Shown here: positions 59,269 through 64,000 of the stretch, one piece after another
Position numbering within the stretch: the stretch's first letter is position 1
Layout: each line of letters opens with the position of its first letter
NCBI GenBank assembly: GCA_027492035.1
Contig: JAOZFT010000032.1
Coordinates: 1-64,000 of the forward strand
Reading direction: 5' to 3'
DNA length: 64,000 nt
Source of the DNA: Thermoproteota archaeon
Lineage (GTDB): Archaea > Korarchaeota > JAOZGF01 > JAOZFZ01
Program-made: the position numbers and the translations under genes
The notes under the pieces: generated by a model
What the model saw: only the letters and a program-made list of their open reading frames with translations
Told to the model about the DNA's origin: nothing
The model's database searches: none

Positions 59269-62200
59269 TTAAGCCTTCTCCTCCACTGGAAAAACTGTTT
59301 TGTTGGGGCCTTGCCTAAGAAATAACTTTAGAATATGAGGTGTAGTTAAAGCTGTGAAAGCGATGAAAGAAATAATTAGGAGAGTGGCTGAGATCATTGC
59401 TAGGGTGCTGTTATGCAAAATCTCGCTCATTGTTAAAAGTAACAATGGAGTTACTGTAAGCAAAGTTTTATTTAAGAGTTTCTTTTTATTTTTTAATTGA
59501 ATTTTCTCTCTTTCGCTTCTACATTCCTCAGCTCCTTTCCTTTCCTTCCATTCCTTATGAATACTCAGTGGTAAACCTAAGTAGGTGAAACCTAGTAACA
59601 TACTTACAATTAATCCTGCCGTTATGGACCCAATTTCTTTGTTTATTTTGAAGATTGGAAGTGTCAGGGTTGCTGCTGCATGTAGGGAGCCTATTAATGG
59701 GTAGAGGATTGTTTTAAATATTGGTTTGGTTTGTGGGTGTTTGTAAATGAAATCTGCAACGTACGGACTGAATGAATAATAGAAAAGGTTAAACGCTCTA
59801 TAGAAATTCTTTCCAATGAAGGAAGAAAGAATGAAACGGTTCCTGAATTTCCTTAGGAAAATAACTTCTGGAGATAATTCTGAACCGTAAGTGGCTGTTG
59901 CTATGAAACATTTCCTTTTTTCGACCATTAACTTGATTGTTTTCTTATGTGTAACACCTCCTCCTGAAGCTTTAATACTCACCAAGAAATATCCTGTAGT
60001 GGTTCCTGTTTTGATTGTTAGGTTAGCTGTTTCTCCTGTTTTTAAGTTCTTAGGTATCAATTTATAACTAGCATCTTCAGGTAAACCTGTAATCTCCAGT
60101 TTTATCGTTTGAGGCTGCCCCTTAACAAGAGAAACTTTAACTGTTATGTATGTTTTCTCTCCCTCCTCGATTTTCACTTCCTCAGGTTCAACTCTTAATT
60201 TAAAGTCAAAACCTGTGGAAGGGTGCTTCTTTTTTTCAGTGACATGTAAAGTCAAGGTGCAGCTGTGTATTTTGTTATCTGTCCCTGTTGCCTTCACCAT
60301 TAACTTGTAAGTTCCCGACGGACATGAATCGGACACTGTAATTTTCATTTCGGAGTTGAAATTAGGCTTAGCCTGGGAAGGGTTAAACTTTACCCCTATA
60401 TTCACTGGCGGAGTTGAACAACTCAATGTCACGTTATTGCTGTAACCTGATGTAGAAGTAACTGAAACAGCTAATGTTAATGATTCCCCTGGCACTATTT
60501 CGATGTCTTTTTTATTTAACGCTATATTGAAGTCTCTAACTGGTTTTTCCTGAATTATTAACACGGCAGGTGCGCTGCGGATTAAATCTCCACTTGAAAC
60601 ATTAATTGTTAATTCGTAGTTTCCAACAGTGTTCCCTGCTTGAATGTTTACTTTAATTTTTTTGCTTCCACCTGTACCGTTTTCAGGCGGAGATACTTGG
60701 TAATAGGTGTCTGAAGGCAGGTTTAGGACAGTGACTGCTACTGTTTGGATTGTGAACGAACCTGTAGGAGTTAAGGTTAGGGTGTAGCTTGTGTTTCCGC
60801 CTTGGTAAACTACTCTCGTTGGAGGATTAATCAATAACTGGAAACCTGGTGCTTCTCCCCTTATTACTAATGTTTCATTTACAGGATTTGACCATGCTCC
60901 TTTGTTATCTTTCACTTTAAAGGTTATTGTGTGGTTGCCTGGTGATAAGTTAGAAATAGAAAAAATAGCTTGGTTGCTTAGGTGCCCGTCTATGTTTGAG
61001 TCCCAACTGTAGCCTGTAATTGCCCCATCTGGGTCTGAACCATGTCCTGTAAAGGTTACAGTATCACTTACATTTGCTGGGTTAGGGGTTATTGAGTCAA
61101 TAAATGCAACAGGTGGTTGATTAGCTGTACTTACTACTTGAACTGGAACCACAACATATTCAGACCATGCTCCTTCATTATCTTGAACCCTTAAAGTTAT
61201 GTTAAACGTGGCAGGGAGTGAATAAGTATGATTAATTGTTTTTGAAATGTTGTTCCCGATTAAATTGCCTGTAACAAGTGGGGAGCCATCTCCCCAAGCT
61301 ATTTCATATTTTGTGACGTTTCCATCTGGGTCAAACCCTGCGAAACTGAATACGATTTCCTCACTTACATTTACGGGTGCAGTTGGATGCTCTAGAACTA
61401 AGGTGATAGGTGGTTTATTTCCTGAAATTCTTTGGTTGTAAGTATTGCTTGACCAAATCCAGTAATACATTTTTTCGGTGTTAGAGGAGAAATTTAGGTA
61501 GTAAAGTTTGTTGGGGTCACCTGAATCTGTTATTTCTCCAATAGAGGGTACTTCAACAAGTGAATCCTTTACAAAATCAAATAGGTTAGCAACAGTTGCA
61601 GTTGTTAAGGTGGTGTAAAATAAGAAATTGTTTTTTTCGCAAGCGAAAATCCACCCTATTCTCCCTATGGAGGGATTAGCTACTGCTAGCATGAAAGGTT
61701 CTCCCGGTGGAAAAATAATAGAGTTGCTGTTTGGAGCCTTTACACTACCTTGACTGTAAGAGTTACGTGACCAAATAGCGAAGTCAATATTTCCTTGGAG
61801 TGAGTGAATAAAAAGTGTATAAGGGTTTGTGCTGCTTCCTGAATCCTTAACTTCAGCTAGGCTAGTAAGATTTATTAAGATGTCTTGGTTACTGTCGCCA
61901 ATGTTTACAAATTGGGGGGACTCTTTACTTGAAGAAACAAGAATGTTACCGTGTTTAAAACAGAAAATCCATCCAGATTTATTTGAGGAGGGGTTTATAA
62001 GAGTTACAACGAAAAATTTTGAATCAGGGAAGGGCACTTGCACAAAACTTCCAGCTGAAACCGACCCTGAGAAATAAGAACCATAAAACCATACAAAGTA
62101 GTAAAGTGTCGAATTAAAAGCATATATCTCTAAAATAAGGGGCTGTGCCGGATTGCCTGAATCCCTAACTCCACCTAAACCTGAAACATTTATTAAAACC

Positions 62201-62454
62201 TGTTTTGAAGTATCATTTAAGTAAGCGACATTAGTTGCTGTTAAAGGTGACGAAACTAAAATGTAATCCCTCTCTTTACTAAAAACTAGCCCTAGGCCTT
62301 CACCAGCTGAAAATCCTCCAATAAAAAACTTATTGCTTGGAAACTCGATTCCGCCAGTTAAAGCCTGAGAGAAAACAGGAGAAACATGTAATGACAAATC
62401 AGGAATCAAAATAAGTGAAAGGAGAAAAAGAATATTGTAAAATCTTTTCAACAT
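59269..62454 (-). CDS. Large surface protein: N-terminal repeats, two PKD-like domains, Ig-like repeats, CFI-box-CTERM
   Basis: Signal peptide; 'DPDG...WGDG', 'NQPPVA' and 'DNKGAWS' (PKD); 'KCFIATATYGSE...LRKFRN...YYSFSP'; C-terminal TMs. Confidence 0.85.
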   Translation of the reverse strand: MLKRFYNILFLLSLILIPDLSLHVSPVFSQALTGGIEFPSNKFFIGGFSAGEGLGLVFSKERDYILVSSPLTATNVAYLNDTSKQVLINVSGLGGVRDSGNPAQPLILEIYAFNSTLYYFVWFYGSYFSGSVSAGSFVQVPFPDSKFFVVTLINPSSNKSGWIFCFKHGNILVSSSKESPQFVNIGDSNQDILINLTSLAEVKDSGSSTNPYTLFIHSLQGNIDFAIWSRNSYSQGSVKAPNSNSIIFPPGEPFMLAVANPSIGRIGWIFACEKNNFLFYTTLTTATVANLFDFVKDSLVEVPSIGEITDSGDPNKLYYLNFSSNTEKMYYWIWSSNTYNQRISGNKPPITLVLEHPTAPVNVSEEIVFSFAGFDPDGNVTKYEIAWGDGSPLVTGNLIGNNISKTINHTYSLPATFNITLRVQDNEGAWSEYVVVPVQVVSTANQPPVAFIDSITPNPANVSDTVTFTGHGSDPDGAITGYSWDSNIDGHLSNQAIFSISNLSPGNHTITFKVKDNKGAWSNPVNETLVIRGEAPGFQLLINPPTRVVYQGGNTSYTLTLTPTGSFTIQTVAVTVLNLPSDTYYQVSPPENGTGGSKKIKVNIQAGNTVGNYELTINVSSGDLIRSAPAVLIIQEKPVRDFNIALNKKDIEIVPGESLTLAVSVTSTSGYSNNVTLSCSTPPVNIGVKFNPSQAKPNFNSEMKITVSDSCPSGTYKLMVKATGTDNKIHSCTLTLHVTEKKKHPSTGFDFKLRVEPEEVKIEEGEKTYITVKVSLVKGQPQTIKLEITGLPEDASYKLIPKNLKTGETANLTIKTGTTTGYFLVSIKASGGGVTHKKTIKLMVEKRKCFIATATYGSELSPEVIFLRKFRNRFILSSFIGKNFYRAFNLFYYSFSPYVADFIYKHPQTKPIFKTILYPLIGSLHAAATLTLPIFKINKEIGSITAGLIVSMLLGFTYLGLPLSIHKEWKERKGAEECRSEREKIQLKNKKKLLNKTLLTVTPLLLLTMSEILHNSTLAMISATLLIISFIAFTALTTPHILKLFLRQGPNKTVFPVEEKA

Positions 62455-62746
62455 TCAATTAAGCCCTCCTACCTTCCATTTCATTTTTGAAAGCTTATTT
62501 CCTTTCTAAACTATTAAATTTAGGTTTATAATTAAGATCTACGAAAATTAAGAAAACCACTTCCAGAGTTTTTATTTAAACTTTGTTCTTAAAAAACAAT
62601 CATACCTTACTTCCCTAAAAATGGAAATTTTTATTTTTTTAAGGTTTCCATCTTGGATGAACCGTAAAGTTTATAAGTTTCCTTCGTAAGAAATCCTCAT
62701 TACATATTACGTTGCAAAGTTTGATGTGGAAGAGGAATTTTCCTGA

Positions 62747-63289
62747 ATGGCTCACGAAGTCTGTTTGAACGTGGTTGTAACAGGTAAAGTTCAGAATTTC
62801 GGTTTCAGAGAATTCACTGTCAATTTAGCGAACATACTTGGTTTGAAGGGGTATGTTTTTAATGATGTGGATGGCACCGTCAAAATGGTTGTTGCTGGAA
62901 ATAAAGAAGAAATCCTTGGCTTTTTAAATGAACTAAAAAGTAAATCCGGTAAAACAGGGGCTGTGATTGAAGAAATTAATTTTTCAGAAATTGGAGCTAC
63001 AGTTTTTCTTCCTCCTAAATTTGTTAAGCTCGAAACTGAAGAAGTTATGGATTTAGCAAGAAAATTTGATAAAGGAATTGAAATTTTAAGAGAAATAAAA
63101 AATAATACAGAAGCTATTCCGAGGGTTGAAAGTGCCATCCAGGAAATGAATGTGAAGCTTGGTAAGTTGGACAATGTGGAAAAGGGTATTAATGAATTGA
63201 ATACTTCCATTAAATCTAACACTGAGTACTTAAGAAAGTTGGGGGAAGCTATCTTGGAGATCCTAAAGAAAAAGAGCATGGAAGAGTGA
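62747..63289 (+). CDS. Acylphosphatase domain with a C-terminal coiled-coil extension
   Basis: 'GKVQNFGFR...GLKGYVFN..DGTV' followed by a helical tail of about 85 aa. Confidence 0.82.
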   Translation: MAHEVCLNVVVTGKVQNFGFREFTVNLANILGLKGYVFNDVDGTVKMVVAGNKEEILGFLNELKSKSGKTGAVIEEINFSEIGATVFLPPKFVKLETEEVMDLARKFDKGIEILREIKNNTEAIPRVESAIQEMNVKLGKLDNVEKGINELNTSIKSNTEYLRKLGEAILEILKKKSMEE

Positions 63290-63292
63290 AAA

Positions 63293-64000
63293 TCAGGTCT
63301 GTTTTTCTAGTTCTTTCTTAAGGAAACTTAAAATTATTTCTTCATTGTTCTCGGTTCCCACAAAAATTGGTATGTTTTTTCTTTTTGTTGCGGTATGGGA
63401 AATAAAAATCCACTCCCCTGGCTCCAGCTGAGAAGTTTTTTCAAGTATTTCTGGGCTAACTCCAGCTGCTTCTGCTACAACATGCCTATCATAGCTCCTA
63501 GGTAATGTTCCGGTAAAGTATGAATGAATCTGTTGGATAGCGTTTACGTTTAAATGGGCTACTCTTTGTGTAGCAACCCAGCAGTGTAAACGATACTTTC
63601 TTCCTTGCCTTAACAGTCTTTCCACTGCCTCATTTGATTGCCAAGTATAATCCTCCCTCCTCACCCTGTCAGGTATGAATTCCTGGGCTTCATCTATGAC
63701 AACCAGTACTCTAGATCCTCTGCTAGTGTATTTTCTCAGCTTGAAAAGATTGCTTATTAACTTCTCAGTTAAAATTCTTGTTTTTAAAGGGTCAGGAGTA
63801 TAAAGTATAAACAGTCTGCACTTTTCTTCCTCTACAGTTTTTATAGCTTCTAAAGCTATTTTTTCAGGGGTGTATTCTACTTCCTTAACTTTAGCAGATT
63901 CTGACGAGGTTGAATCTATAACCCTTACTACTTCTTCAATTACGTTAATTACTTTGTAAACTCTTTTCTTCTCTAGATCCGCTGCTTCTTCCTTAAGTAC
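63293..64000 (-). CDS. HerA/FtsK-like P-loop ATPase, C-terminal part (start outside window)
   Basis: The frame is open from 64000. Walker B 'VLVVIDEAQEF', Arg finger 'RQGRKY' and 'ATQR' are present. Confidence 0.85.
   Translation of the reverse strand, partial: VLKEEAADLEKKRVYKVINVIEEVVRVIDSTSSESAKVKEVEYTPEKIALEAIKTVEEEKCRLFILYTPDPLKTRILTEKLISNLFKLRKYTSRGSRVLVVIDEAQEFIPDRVRREDYTWQSNEAVERLLRQGRKYRLHCWVATQRVAHLNVNAIQQIHSYFTGTLPRSYDRHVVAEAAGVSPEILEKTSQLEPGEWIFISHTATKRKNIPIFVGTENNEEIILSFLKKELEKQT

Noticed and set aside
1-64000. tRNA, rRNA, CRISPR array or IS element
   Set aside because: No GC-rich cloverleaf-like segment, regularly spaced repeat array, transposase or integrase was seen by eye; small ncRNAs cannot be excluded without covariance searches.

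Overview
AT-rich archaeal chromosomal segment. The archaeal call rests on an A1Ao ATP synthase, GGAGG/GGTGA Shine-Dalgarno sites, TATA-like boxes and oligo-T terminators; a TACK or Bathyarchaeia-like origin is plausible but not provable here. From left to right: (1) an A-type ATP synthase operon (F-H-E-A-B-D-C-I) directly downstream of a complex I/Fpo-like operon that lacks NuoEFG and NiFe ligands, preceded by an ArsA/GET3 ATPase; (2) an HdrE/HdrD-like cytochrome b plus CCG-domain pair facing a stand-alone GcvH/LbpA-like lipoyl carrier; (3) an ECF transporter with an embedded nucleoside hydrolase; (4) a B12 acyl-CoA mutase cluster (B12-binding subunit, MeaB, isobutyryl-CoA-type and methylmalonyl-CoA-type large subunits, CobO, epimerase) containing a Cys-less thiolase and DUF35 pair; (5) DUF1116, DUF2877, FdrA and carbamate kinase (AllFGH-K-like) genes wrapped around a xanthine-dehydrogenase-family LMS enzyme, followed by a CoA transferase, a GNAT, CoxG and a BMP-type nucleoside ABC transporter; (6) a mixed region with two CFI-box-CTERM surface proteins, a SAMP, acyl-CoA dehydrogenase, Ogt, a DedA/VTT protein, a glnA remnant, HtpX, a long acylphosphatase and a truncated HerA-like ATPase. 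No tRNA, rRNA, CRISPR array or intact mobile element was seen. All family calls come from motif recognition by eye, not database searches.
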